A stretch of 64,000 nucleotides of DNA from a virus, in the IMG/VR virus record IMGVR_UViG_3300042904_000196, positions 10,485-74,484 of that record, one strand, 5' to 3'. The position numbers were made by a program, and so were the translations under genes. The notes below the pieces were generated by a model that saw only the letters and a list, made by a program, of their open reading frames with translations, was not told where the DNA came from and made no database searches. Positions 46,700 through 56,366 of this stretch are shown here, piece by piece. Position 1 is the stretch's first letter. Each line of letters opens with the position of its first letter.

Positions 46700-47158
46700 A
46701 TGTCGTCTACCGATTGGAAACGGGATTTTAACAAAGCAATCAACACGCCCCCGAACGAGGGGGTTCACCTTAAAACCCTCGATGGATCGCCTGCCAAGAT
46801 CATCATTGAGTTGCACGACGGCAAGGAGCCTTTCATGTATGGGCTTATCTATGTGCCATCGTTGGTTGGTACGCCTGTTGGCTGGTACGCCCGAGGCATT
46901 GCGGACAAAAGCACCTATGGCTGGAAAGCCATTCTGCTACCCAAGGCCCGCCATGCCATTCTTAGGAAGCATGGCTTGAACAGTGTGCAGGTGCCTGTGT
47001 ACGGGCTCAAGGTGGTCAGACCTTCCCGCGAGGGTAAGAGCCTGCTGGTAGAACTTTTGAAGGAGCCGGTTAAGGTCATTGTACCGCTGAAAGATTCCGG
47101 AATCAAAGTGGAGGGAACAGCTACAGGCCCATTGGAGCCCATCAAGGAGGTCGTGTGA
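46700..47158 (+). CDS. Hypothetical protein
   Basis: GAGG RBS. Confidence 0.55.
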   Translation: MSSTDWKRDFNKAINTPPNEGVHLKTLDGSPAKIIIELHDGKEPFMYGLIYVPSLVGTPVGWYARGIADKSTYGWKAILLPKARHAILRKHGLNSVQVPVYGLKVVRPSREGKSLLVELLKEPVKVIVPLKDSGIKVEGTATGPLEPIKEVV

Positions 47159-47530
47159 AAACAATGATAGTTGCGGCGATTTGGATAGCGTATCTCCTTA
47201 TACTGCACAAGTATTGGGGAATGCCTGATATACTGATGTTTGGTGGCGTCTTTATGGGGATCATGTTCATCATTTACAGGGCTATAAATGACAATTCGTG
47301 AACGGTTCAAACAAGAGGCAGAACTTCGTGCTTGGAAGGCTTTCCGTAGGCATGGAGAAAAATCGTACCAGTTTCGGAAAGCCATGAAATCGAGGTGGAT
47401 TAAGTGAGTAAGCCACGGACACACAAACAGAAAGCCAAGCACGAGAAATCCCGGGGACCCCGCCCCAAGGAAATCGGCAAGGCCAGTCAGAACGGCGTAA
47501 CCAAGGGTGTTCTTTACTTCGGTAGGTAAC

Positions 47531-47731
47531 ATGTTGGACTACAGTGTCAAACTAAGTGACTGCCCCTTGGGGGTTCCGCTGGTCACCGAGGATCAGCGAC
47601 TGTCCCAAGAGGTGATTAACAAGATCAGCGAACTTATACATAAGGAGGTTAGAAAGGATTCCGGCGTTTGGTTCTACACTGTTGAATTGAAAATCTCTAC
47701 TACGAGGGCTCTCAATGCGAAAGATCACTAA
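47531..47731 (+). CDS. Hypothetical protein
   Basis: Operon continuity. Confidence 0.45.
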   Translation: MLDYSVKLSDCPLGVPLVTEDQRLSQEVINKISELIHKEVRKDSGVWFYTVELKISTTRALNAKDH

Positions 47732-48230
47732 TGCAACCGCGGCAAGGCTTCTGAAAGAGTACGACAACAGCAAAATCTTCCACGTTACGTTCATCAAGCG
47801 TACCAACGGAGAGATTCGCGAAATGACCTGCCGGAAAGGGGTGAGCAAGTACGTCAAGGGTACGGCTGCCTTTGATCCCAAGCAGGTGGAAGAGGACCAC
47901 CATATTTTGCATGTCTTTGATGTTGAGTTGTTCAACCAGAAGTGTGCCGAGGCCCCCGGCAAGCTTACCGAGGATGCCAAGATCGACATTGGCGTCACCT
48001 GCTACAGGTCCATCAATCTGGATTGCATCATCGCTCTCCGGATGGATGGCAAGGAGTATATTACGAACAACCTGCCGGTGAAGGATTTCACCTGCCAGTG
48101 GCCCGATGGCAAGCTGGTTATCCAGAGGTACATCAAGGGCCGCACGGAGCAGGAGGTCCGGGCGAACTTCAAACGTGTCAGTGGTCTGGACCGCATCCCA
48201 AGAGGTCTTGTGATTCGGGAATCAAAATGA
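47715..48230 (+). CDS. SH3/WYL-like beta-barrel protein (DUF2693-like)
   Basis: FHVTFIKRTNGEIREM...VFDV...YRSINLD. Confidence 0.55.
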   Translation: MRKITNATAARLLKEYDNSKIFHVTFIKRTNGEIREMTCRKGVSKYVKGTAAFDPKQVEEDHHILHVFDVELFNQKCAEAPGKLTEDAKIDIGVTCYRSINLDCIIALRMDGKEYITNNLPVKDFTCQWPDGKLVIQRYIKGRTEQEVRANFKRVSGLDRIPRGLVIRESK

Positions 48231-48448
48231 CCGAATCCTTTGAGAACTACCGCCTCAAAGACAAGGAGACGCTCCAATGGGTAACCGTTGGAGCGTCTCT
48301 TGAGGCCCAGACGACCATAGGTAAGTACAGGATACGTAACGGGTGCTTGTACTTCACCTCAAAAGAAACTCCCGTTGAAGTCCGTATTGGCAGATTCAAA
48401 GACCCTAAAGCAAAGGCACGGTCGCATTTCCTAAATGATGCCGTGTAA
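48227..48448 (+). CDS. Hypothetical protein
   Basis: ATGA overlap. Confidence 0.45.
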   Translation: MTESFENYRLKDKETLQWVTVGASLEAQTTIGKYRIRNGCLYFTSKETPVEVRIGRFKDPKAKARSHFLNDAV

Positions 48449-49889
48449 CTCTATGGAACCTAGTGTGTATCAGAAAGCGATTCTTGACTGGCCCACAAAG
48501 CGGACCGGTAACCTTATCGTTAACGCCTTAGCGGGCAGCGGAAAGACGAAGACCCTAGAGCTTCTTACGCAGAGTGAGGGGCTCGTTGGCAAGCCGACAC
48601 GTGCCATGTCATTCAACAAATCCATCGCAGAGGAACTGGCCCGCAGGCTGCCGTCATGGGTGGAATCGACCACGATGCACAGCTTTGGTTTCGGCATCAT
48701 TCGGAAGCATGGCTGGGTGAAGGTGAACGCACAGAAGCTTGAGAACATCTTGAAGTTCGATGTGTACGACTTCAAGAATGACTCTCAAATGACCAAGAGG
48801 GAGTGCTACAGTATCCAGCACTTCGTGCTTAGGATGTGTTCCCTTTTGAAGAGTCATCTTCACACCAAAGACAAGCTTCCAAAGAACGTGGTTGAGATGG
48901 CCCTCAACTACGGTATCGATTTGCCTAAGGACGTGGAGCTGGCACAGGAGAAGCTCCAAGCTGTCTGGCAAATCGGCAGATCGCGTTTGAAGGTTATTGA
49001 TTACGACGACATGATATATGTCCCCCTAGCAATGGACATGTTGATTCCGAAATCAATGTGGGCTTTAGTGGATGAAGTCCAAGACCTTAACCCCGCACAG
49101 ATTGCCCTTGCCACCAAGATGGGTGAAAGGGCGATATGTGTAGGCGACGTGCATCAGGCCATCTATGGCTTCCGTGGGGCAGATGCCCGAGCCATGGAAA
49201 CGCTTCAGGCGGAGCTAAAGGCTGACTCGCTGCCACTGAACATCTGTTACAGATGCTCGAAGGCAGTGATTCATGCGGCACAAGGGATCGTGCCAGAGAT
49301 TGAGGCTTCGCCTACAGCGAATGAGGGTTCAGTCACATCCATCCGATCCGAGGAACTCATTAGGGTGACTAAGGATGGTGATTTCGTGCTGTGCCGCACG
49401 GCAGCACCATTGATTCAGCACTGTTTGCGGTTCATTGCCAAGGGCAAGAAAGCAACGGTGCTGGGCAAGGAAATCGGTGAGGGACTGATTGGGCTCATAG
49501 AGACATTAGACTGTAACAATGTGGAGGAACTCTTGATGGAGCTTGCCGACTACGAGCAAGCTGAAACCGAGCGTCTCAAGAAACGTGAAGACAGGATTGT
49601 TGAGCTTAACGACACTTGCGAGGTGATACGTGCCTTGTGTGAAGACGCTCTGAGCATCAGGCATGTCGTTGAGAAAATCAATTCACTTTTTTCTAAGGAG
49701 CGAGGTCCGGGCGTAACGTTCTCTACCATACACAAGAGCAAGGGCTTGGAGTCAGACAATGTGTACATACTTTGTCCTGAACTTCTGCCGCATCCACGGG
49801 TTAAGGTCGAGTGGATGGTTGCTCAGGAAATGAACTTGAAGTATGTTGCGATTACACGTGCAAAGAGAAACCTTTTTTGGGTGGAATAA
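48435..49889 (+). CDS. UvrD/Rep-like SF1 helicase
   Basis: ALAGSGKT, VDEVQD, VGDVHQAIYGFRGA, STIHKSKGLE, YVAITRA. Confidence 0.93.
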   Translation: MMPCNSMEPSVYQKAILDWPTKRTGNLIVNALAGSGKTKTLELLTQSEGLVGKPTRAMSFNKSIAEELARRLPSWVESTTMHSFGFGIIRKHGWVKVNAQKLENILKFDVYDFKNDSQMTKRECYSIQHFVLRMCSLLKSHLHTKDKLPKNVVEMALNYGIDLPKDVELAQEKLQAVWQIGRSRLKVIDYDDMIYVPLAMDMLIPKSMWALVDEVQDLNPAQIALATKMGERAICVGDVHQAIYGFRGADARAMETLQAELKADSLPLNICYRCSKAVIHAAQGIVPEIEASPTANEGSVTSIRSEELIRVTKDGDFVLCRTAAPLIQHCLRFIAKGKKATVLGKEIGEGLIGLIETLDCNNVEELLMELADYEQAETERLKKREDRIVELNDTCEVIRALCEDALSIRHVVEKINSLFSKERGPGVTFSTIHKSKGLESDNVYILCPELLPHPRVKVEWMVAQEMNLKYVAITRAKRNLFWVE

Positions 49890-49891
49890 CC

Positions 49892-50236
49892 ATGAAAAAT
49901 TTGCTTGAGGCCATGCTCGGACAGACCGCTAACTTCGATCAGGTGCTGTTCGACATCATGCATCTCCTGCCGAAGATGACTGATTCCAGAATCAATTTAA
50001 TCCGTGAGATATACGCCAAGGCCGTTACCCCCGAGGAAAGTAAGGGGGACATTGAATCGTTCAATAGGTTGCTGGAATTGACGCTGGACTACATGAAGGC
50101 GGCTAGGGTCATTTACATGATCCCCTTGAAGGCGTCCGAGGTCGTGGGGACCGTGGAAGACGAGCCCGGACACTTCGTGTACACCATGAAGGATGGCAGC
50201 ACCAAGTGTTCCTGCGGACACCGCCTTGAAACTTAA
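49892..50236 (+). CDS. Hypothetical protein
   Basis: ATG immediately after the helicase stop. Confidence 0.5.
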   Translation: MKNLLEAMLGQTANFDQVLFDIMHLLPKMTDSRINLIREIYAKAVTPEESKGDIESFNRLLELTLDYMKAARVIYMIPLKASEVVGTVEDEPGHFVYTMKDGSTKCSCGHRLET

Positions 50237-50465
50237 ATACGTCCGGTTGGCCAGCGGTGAGGTTAGATTCTGCTACATCGAGGAGGATCACTCATCGCTG
50301 GTCAACGCCGGGGAGCGTGCTGTTTCTGCTGGTATAGTGATTCGGGAATCAAATGGATGGATATTGTGGTGTCAGGGTTCTGTCACCTGTAAGCTTTTAC
50401 CGCATGAATGTTTGAATGATGATGAAGCGATCAGTAACTACCTTGGACCGAGGAAGAACAAATGA
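50193..50465 (+). CDS. Hypothetical protein (start uncertain)
   Basis: LKYVR...F...H......AVSAG pattern. Confidence 0.45.
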   Translation: MAAPSVPADTALKLKYVRLASGEVRFCYIEEDHSSLVNAGERAVSAGIVIRESNGWILWCQGSVTCKLLPHECLNDDEAISNYLGPRKNK

Positions 50466-50638
50466 AATGGCTTAAAGTCAGTGCTATACTGACTGTAATC
50501 TTTGTGGTTGGTGCATTGATTGTGCCTGCAGGACACGCGAAACAGTGGGACACCGTTGTCGTAGTTACTGGGTTGTTGTACTTTGGGTTTTTGCTTATTG
50601 ATGCTCTTTTCGGGGATGACGACGATGGTAACTTTTGA
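50462..50638 (+). CDS. 58-aa two-TM membrane protein
   Basis: MKWLKVSAILTVIFVVGALIVPAG...VVVVTGLLYFGFLLIDALF; ATGA overlap. Confidence 0.55.
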   Translation: MKWLKVSAILTVIFVVGALIVPAGHAKQWDTVVVVTGLLYFGFLLIDALFGDDDDGNF

Positions 50639-50915
50639 AGAAAGAAAGCCACAGTGCTGGGTCGTTCTCGGCACGGTCAGGCATGGACGGGTCAAGTGGA
50701 ACCCCGACATTGAGCGGTACATATTCTTGCCTGACAGCAGGTATTTGCGTGCCAGTGAGTTGCGTGAGATTATCGAATTCATGGACAAGCAACAGGCCCT
50801 CGCAGAGTGTGGCAAGGTTCGGTGTTCAGAGTGTGACAAGCTTTTTGACTATTCTCTAACTGTAGGAGGAGGTTTCGATGGACCCATCACGTGCAAGCCG
50901 TGCTTCGGACTATAA
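50625..50915 (+). CDS. Hypothetical protein with C-terminal Zn finger
   Basis: CSEC...CKPC. Confidence 0.5.
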   Translation: MVTFEERKPQCWVVLGTVRHGRVKWNPDIERYIFLPDSRYLRASELREIIEFMDKQQALAECGKVRCSECDKLFDYSLTVGGGFDGPITCKPCFGL

Positions 50916-51237
50916 GTGTCTTGAACTCTGGTGCAAGTTTTTGGGCTCACAGGGCTACTACATTCAACAGGAGCAGGAGCGGGCAGCCCGCGACGGGGCT
51001 CCCTTGAATGCCATTTACAAGCAGGGTGAGGCTTGGGTAACAACGTTTGACTGTATCAATTTTGATTTGGCCCGTCGTATCGAAGACAAGGCTAAGATCG
51101 TTGTGCCCCCTAAGCTTAAAATACTTAGGGATGAGTATACCTATCGCGAGAAGCTTCTCGCTAAGGAACATGCTGATAGTATAAGGGCCTTGGGCCAGTT
51201 CTTTGAAAATTACCTGAAGGAGGCGTTAAGTGAGTAA
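50878..51237 (+). CDS. Hypothetical protein
   Basis: AGGAGG RBS; GS..YYI..Q..A..DGAP..AIY. Confidence 0.6.
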   Translation: MDPSRASRASDYKCLELWCKFLGSQGYYIQQEQERAARDGAPLNAIYKQGEAWVTTFDCINFDLARRIEDKAKIVVPPKLKILRDEYTYREKLLAKEHADSIRALGQFFENYLKEALSE

Positions 51238-52270
51238 GCGTGATTTTGTGATGCTTGCAAAGGCATACAGCGAAGATAAGCACAACGTGTTCAAGTGGCT
51301 CATGTCCGAGAAACTGGATGGGTTACGTGCCATATGGGACGGGGGAATATCGGCAGGGAAGAGCCTACTTGAGGTGCCTTACAGCAACAAGAGCATGATC
51401 CATCGCTTCGCTCAAACACCTATTTGTACGGGGCTCTGGTCGAGGTACGGTAACGTTATCCATGCTCCCAAGGATTGGGTAGCTACGCTGCCCAAGGGGA
51501 TATTCTTGGACGGTGAGCTTTACATGGGTCCGGGCAAGTTTCAGGAAACCAGTTCGATAACACGATCCTTCGAGGCTGACTGGACTAAGGTAGAGTATCG
51601 GGTCTTTGACAGTCCACCACCTGAATTGATTCTGGAATCAGGTGTCATTCGGAGCAATGGTGGCGGAGCCTTTACGGTGCCACCTGCGGCCTTGCCTTGG
51701 GCTTTAGAAAGGGGCGTGAAACGTCTGTTTGCAATAGGTGCTCCGTTTCTGGAAAGGCTTAGTGTGCTCAAAGGCTTGGTCAAGGTGCATGAGCAGACCA
51801 TCGTGGATAACAACGTGGATGCCTTCATGGAGCAGGTTTTGCTCAGTGGGGGTGAAGGTGTCATTTTTAAATCGAACAGCCCCTACGTCTGTAAGCGTTC
51901 CGATAGGATGCTGAAGTACAAGCCCTTCTCTGACGACGAGGGAACGGTCAGCGGGTACACGACCGGGCGTGAAACCGAGAGGGGCAGTAAGCTGCTCGGT
52001 ATGATGGGTTCCTTGGAGGTACTCTGGAAAGGTAAGGTGTTTGAAATCAGTGGCTTTACGGAGGCTGAACGCTCGTTGCGGACGGTGGGCGACAAAGATG
52101 GTGTTAAGGCCCTTTCGTGGGCTATGGAGAATCCCGAGAGCAAGGTGCCTGACTGGATCGAGGCAAGCGAATTCCCTAGGGGATCGCGGGTGACATTTAC
52201 CTATCGGGAACTGTCCGATGATGGTATACCCAAGGAGGCAAGGTATCTGCGTAAGCGTGATAGCGAGTAA
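51230..52270 (+). CDS. ATP-dependent DNA ligase
   Basis: SEKLDGLRA (KxDG), LDGEL, VFD, EGVIFK, RSDRMLKYK. Confidence 0.92.
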   Translation: MSKRDFVMLAKAYSEDKHNVFKWLMSEKLDGLRAIWDGGISAGKSLLEVPYSNKSMIHRFAQTPICTGLWSRYGNVIHAPKDWVATLPKGIFLDGELYMGPGKFQETSSITRSFEADWTKVEYRVFDSPPPELILESGVIRSNGGGAFTVPPAALPWALERGVKRLFAIGAPFLERLSVLKGLVKVHEQTIVDNNVDAFMEQVLLSGGEGVIFKSNSPYVCKRSDRMLKYKPFSDDEGTVSGYTTGRETERGSKLLGMMGSLEVLWKGKVFEISGFTEAERSLRTVGDKDGVKALSWAMENPESKVPDWIEASEFPRGSRVTFTYRELSDDGIPKEARYLRKRDSE

Positions 52271-52291
52271 CTTATTTATTTTGGAGATAGC

Positions 52292-52468
52292 ATGAAACCT
52301 ATTTCGATGTTTTTCAGTGTGCTGGCTGCACTTTGTGTGTTCGGGCTCCTGTGTGTCGGTATCTGGACCTACATGGAAGAGAAGCGCTCTATCCGTGAGG
52401 CTCAGAAACAGCAACAGGAGGCTGTCGATAGACTCTTTTGGTACAACAGAGAGAATCGTAACAGATGA
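52292..52468 (+). CDS. 58-aa single-TM protein
   Basis: GGAG RBS; FFSVLAALCVFGLLCVGIWTY. Confidence 0.5.
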   Translation: MKPISMFFSVLAALCVFGLLCVGIWTYMEEKRSIREAQKQQQEAVDRLFWYNRENRNR

Positions 52469-53028
52469 AGAATATGCCATGGTTAGTAATGATAGTGTTA
52501 ATAGGTATTTTCACTTCGTGTAAACGGGAACCGGTACCGGTGCCTCAGGACGAGACACCGGTACTTTGTTTGTATGTTAGCGGTTTGGGTGCGGACCACC
52601 TTGGGAAGGTGTACGACCATCTGGTTCAACGCGAGCCTCTTTGGGGGCACGTTCGGTTCGCTGGTAGGGATAATTATCAGACGGATGTTAGAGACTATGT
52701 GCTTAAAAGTAGGCACAAGAGGCTGGTAGTGATTTGCCACTCTTGGGGTTCGGCTCGGAGTGTGGAGGATTTGAAAGGGGTACCTGTGGACCTGTTGGTC
52801 CTCTACGATCCTGTTGGCTTCGACCAAGGAGCCTTGGTGGTTCCGGAATCAATCAAGCGAACAATTGTCTTTCCTAGGGAGAGAAACAGGTGGTTGGTTC
52901 CTTTTACGGCCCCTATACGGAGCAGCAAGCTGGGTCAAGAGATTGTCACCATAATGCTTCCGGGTGGGCACAGTGATGGTACGCTGAATGAAATGAGCTT
53001 TGGTTACATTCAATTGGAGAATAAATGA
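52465..53028 (+). CDS. Lipoprotein with alpha/beta-hydrolase fold
   Basis: Signal peptide with FTSC lipobox-like site; nucleophile elbow CHSWG; LYDPV; GGHS. Confidence 0.6.
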   Translation: MKNMPWLVMIVLIGIFTSCKREPVPVPQDETPVLCLYVSGLGADHLGKVYDHLVQREPLWGHVRFAGRDNYQTDVRDYVLKSRHKRLVVICHSWGSARSVEDLKGVPVDLLVLYDPVGFDQGALVVPESIKRTIVFPRERNRWLVPFTAPIRSSKLGQEIVTIMLPGGHSDGTLNEMSFGYIQLENK

Positions 53029-53705
53029 GTTATCTAAGAAAACTGCAAAGAGTCTGTAACGTTACCTACAGGGGTGAGTGGCTCATCAACGGTAAGCCCT
53101 TAGCGCATGGGGATAATGCTAAGGTGTTTGATGTTGCTGGTATATTGGTGAGTAACCGGGGAGCGGCTCTGGAGTTTTTGAAACAGAAACTCTGCGAGGA
53201 AGGGTTAGCCGTCATGATACGCTCCGCGGTGCCGTTGGTTTGGGAGGGTGAATGGATCATTGATGGCAAGAAGCTTGAGGATTATAACTTCTGGAACAGG
53301 CTCTTTGCTGTAACCGGTATTCCGGTGCCTCCCTTTCAAACGAGAGACACGATGCTTGCGTGGGTGAAGAGTAGACTGGGCGACTATTATGATACACTCC
53401 CCTATGACGAAGTTACCATTAAGGTGTTGAGGGAGTTCAAGGTCCCGCAAAGCCTGATTGAAATGAACAATATGTGGAAGACCAAGGAGGGTCAACTGAT
53501 TCCGGTATCAAAACTGGGGAACGGGCATCTGGTCAACATTCTTTACATGCTTCGGGACAAGGTGCATCCCTTGAAGGAGGCGCTTATTAATGAGGCGGCT
53601 AAGCGTGGCTTGCCATGGGGCGATGTGTATGTGGCGGGTGATGGGTGGAAGATTGTCGTTACTCGTGATCCCGCCCTTGGGGAGAAAGTGAGCAAGCTGC
53701 TATGA
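53025..53705 (+). CDS. Hypothetical protein
   Basis: Internal repeat GEW.I.GK.L; WKTKEG...V..L...HLVNIL. Confidence 0.55.
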   Translation: MSYLRKLQRVCNVTYRGEWLINGKPLAHGDNAKVFDVAGILVSNRGAALEFLKQKLCEEGLAVMIRSAVPLVWEGEWIIDGKKLEDYNFWNRLFAVTGIPVPPFQTRDTMLAWVKSRLGDYYDTLPYDEVTIKVLREFKVPQSLIEMNNMWKTKEGQLIPVSKLGNGHLVNILYMLRDKVHPLKEALINEAAKRGLPWGDVYVAGDGWKIVVTRDPALGEKVSKLL

Positions 53706-54598
53706 GTGACCTACGGAAGGTGGAATATCTTTCACCGACATCGTTGAAGCTCTTTGAACATTCTACGGAAGACTATTACCTTCGTTACCTAACGCCGAAT
53801 CGGGTTCCCCGCGAGGCTCAAACGCAGCCGATGGCTGCAGGGAGTGCATTCGATGCATACATTAAGAGTCATCTTTATAAGACTGTGTATGGCAATTTTG
53901 GTCCCAGTGACGGTTACCGCCTTGAGAGTCTACTGGAGGCTCAGGTCGAAGCGCCCTTACTAGGTTGGGGCCGGGCGGCGGGGGAGAGATTGTTTTCTGC
54001 CTACGTTAGCTGTGGGGCACTGGCGGATCTTGTTCGGGAGCTTTCGGGAGCGGCCACACCACCACAGTTCGAGTTCTCTGTTCGGGGGAATATAGGTTCA
54101 GCGGTGGTTCTCGGGAAGCCTGATGTGTTTTTTACGTCGTCGTCCGGGGTAAGAGTCGTTGACGACTTCAAGGTCAACGGGTACTGCTCACGGGCTTCGC
54201 CCAAGCCCGGCTACGTGAAGATACGACCTTCGGGTATGATGCACAAGGATTGTGTTTTAGCCTATGAAGGGGACGTTGCCTACAACGGTACGCCTTATGA
54301 GGGCGAATGGGCCGATCAAATGGCTACCTATGCGTTCCTTATGGGTGAACGTGTGGGGGACGGGTGGCTGTTTGGTATTGAACAGTTGGCCTGTGGCCCT
54401 AAGGAGATACGGGTGGCTTCGCATAGGGGCAAGGTGGCAGTGGCCTATCAGGAAGGACTGGTGCGGCGTTATGAGCGACTGTGGCGAATCCTCTCTGAGG
54501 GTTACAGTGAAAACGGTAAGCCACTGGTTGAGCGTGAACTGCTAGACAAACGGGCCGAGGTGATGAGCGATGCGGACTTTGCGGCGTTGTTCTCGTAG
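53702..54598 (+). CDS. PD-(D/E)XK exonuclease (RecB/Cas4-like)
   Basis: YLSPTSL, GSAFD, LGKPDV, VDDFK, QMATY. Confidence 0.8.
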   Translation: MSDLRKVEYLSPTSLKLFEHSTEDYYLRYLTPNRVPREAQTQPMAAGSAFDAYIKSHLYKTVYGNFGPSDGYRLESLLEAQVEAPLLGWGRAAGERLFSAYVSCGALADLVRELSGAATPPQFEFSVRGNIGSAVVLGKPDVFFTSSSGVRVVDDFKVNGYCSRASPKPGYVKIRPSGMMHKDCVLAYEGDVAYNGTPYEGEWADQMATYAFLMGERVGDGWLFGIEQLACGPKEIRVASHRGKVAVAYQEGLVRRYERLWRILSEGYSENGKPLVERELLDKRAEVMSDADFAALFS

Positions 54599-54824
54599 GT
54601 ACCTATCTTTGATTCCGGAATCAGGGTTCTTTGACGAGGCTTTGGGTTTCCTGCAACGTAATGATGAGAGACTGGTCATTGTGTTGCACTATAGGCTTGG
54701 CTATAGTCTGCGGCAGATAGCTAAGGAGTTTCAGTGTTCATATGAGCGTGTAAGACAGATTCACCAAACTGCTTTAGGTAGATTGTTTGCCGTTTATTCA
54801 TGTGCTTATGATTCACTTTCGTGA
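54570..54824 (+). CDS. Stand-alone sigma-70 region 4 HTH (start uncertain, possibly a remnant)
   Basis: ERLVIVLHYRLGYSLRQIAKEFQCSYERVRQIHQTALGRL. Confidence 0.65.
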   Translation: MRTLRRCSRRYLSLIPESGFFDEALGFLQRNDERLVIVLHYRLGYSLRQIAKEFQCSYERVRQIHQTALGRLFAVYSCAYDSLS

Positions 54825-54826
54825 AG

Positions 54827-54869
54827 ATTGATAGGTGCGAATAATACCATGTTATTCGCACCTATCAAT
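54827..54869. terminator. 18-bp perfect hairpin at the end of the operon
   Basis: ATTGATAGGTGCGAATAA-TACCATG-TTATTCGCACCTATCAAT. Confidence 0.6.
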
Positions 54870-55037
54870 ATTGGTGATATTCGCAGGGCGTTTATAGGGC
54901 GTCGGGGAGGGCGATGGACATGTAAGCCGGTTGGGGCCTAGGGCTTCGCCCTAGTGACGGGACGGGGCCAAATTTGCCATTGTAGCGGGTATGCCGCTCC
55001 CCGTTTCCCGGCCACTTGCAGCATGTCCGCAAAACGG

Positions 55038-55114
55038 AATTGTGAATCGCGACATTATATCTATATTATGTTTTTGAAAAAAAAAAAAAAAAAAGAAATA
55101 TGGTTAGAGTAAGG
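55038..55114. repeat. Copy B of the long-range inverted repeat with A18 tract
   Basis: Reverse complement of 20176-20253. Confidence 0.9.
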
Positions 55115-55724
55115 AGAAAATAATTATATAATCGCGAAATTGATAAAAGCGAATATGACCCTGAAATAGAATATCTGGGAAAATCGTGGGAGGCAGTATG
55201 TTGGAAATGATTATGTAACTATTTCGGTGACCCCGAACCACGCGAAGCGTGGAATCAATATACGGGTGTAAATGTGTCGTTTCAGGGTCCTGCGGGAGCT
55301 TTTATTGTCGTTGGTTCGGGTTTCGGGGTCCTGCGAGAGGGCGCCCCGACACCCCGCCGCGTGGCAGGTACTTTAGGGCAAAAATGTTTAAAGTATAGGA
55401 GGTTCACATTATCCTTTATCCTATAGGCAAAAACCGAAAAAGTCGTGGTGCGTTCCTCTTAGAACGACTCTGGCAAGACGGTAAAGTCTTCGAGGACGAA
55501 AAAGGCACCAAATACACCATTGAAAACCCGCCGCCCGGACCCTTCACACTGAAAAGTCGCGATGGCGATTCTTCAGTGATGGTTAAATCGTGCACATGAT
55601 GCCAGAATCAAAATTGGGAATTCAAAACACCTAGGGAAAAGTTGCGGGTGATATAACTGATAATTTTGTCGCAGGCAGTACGTGCCCCCGCTTCACGGGC
55701 ACGCCTGCCCCCGCCGGGGCGGCC

Positions 55725-55795
55725 CCCGAACCGGCGTCCGGCCTAACGGGCCCCGAACCGGCGTCCGGCCTAACGGCACCCGAACCGGCGTCCGG
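55725..55795. repeat. 27-bp-period direct repeats (iteron-like)
   Basis: CCCGAACCGGCGTCCGGCCTAACGG at 55725 and 55752, partial copy at 55779. Confidence 0.9.
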
Positions 55796-55825
55796 GGTCC
55801 GGTGATTCCGGAATCAGAGCGCGAT

Positions 55826-55843
55826 TAGTTGTTGCAACAACTA
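55826..55843. promoter_or_regulatory. 18-bp perfect palindrome (operator-like)
   Basis: TAGTTGTTGCAACAACTA. Confidence 0.45.
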
Positions 55844-56058
55844 TCGTGGGAACGACTATTCGCGGTCGCGAATCTAAAAGATTCTGTAATCAAAGCGTTT
55901 GACTCTGGCGATATTGGAACTAGGATATAGCTCCCGGCTCTTTCTCATCCGAATAGCCAAGCCCGAAAATCGCTTTCGCGATGGCGTCCAGAGTGTCGCC
56001 ATTCCCCAACCGTAGACTATCCGGTTGGGAGCCAATCGCACGAAACGTATCGGCACCC

Positions 56059-56296
56059 CACAACGCGAAGCGAATCCCCCGGAAAGGATTCACCATGCAA
56101 TACGAAATCACTGTAACGTCTACCCTGAATGGTGAAGTTATCTCCACTCACACCATTACCGCCACACCCGAAGAAATGGTAGATATTGTGTCTACCCTTG
56201 GCTCCCTTTGCTGTGCACTGTTTGGTCCCGTCTGCTTGTCCGTTGTTCCTCTCTGCCAGAACTAACCACGTTTCGGGGGATTCGCTTCGCGTTGTG
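56059..56296. repeat. 23-bp perfect inverted repeats flanking a small ORF
   Basis: CACAACGCGAAGCGAATCCCCCG (56059-56081) and its reverse complement (56274-56296). Confidence 0.85.
56095..56265 (+). CDS. 56-aa hypothetical protein
   Basis: AAAGGA RBS; MQYEITVTSTLNGEVISTHT... Confidence 0.5.
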   Translation: MQYEITVTSTLNGEVISTHTITATPEEMVDIVSTLGSLCCALFGPVCLSVVPLCQN

Positions 56297-56366
56297 CCCA
56301 ACGTGCCTTGCAATGTTTGCAAGGCAAATTTTCCCTAACTGCTCCATTGGAGCAAAGGATTCTCTC

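Noticed and set aside
53702-54598. Cas4 as evidence of a CRISPR system
   Set aside because: No Fe-S cysteine pattern, array or other cas genes; looks like an ordinary phage PD-(D/E)XK exonuclease
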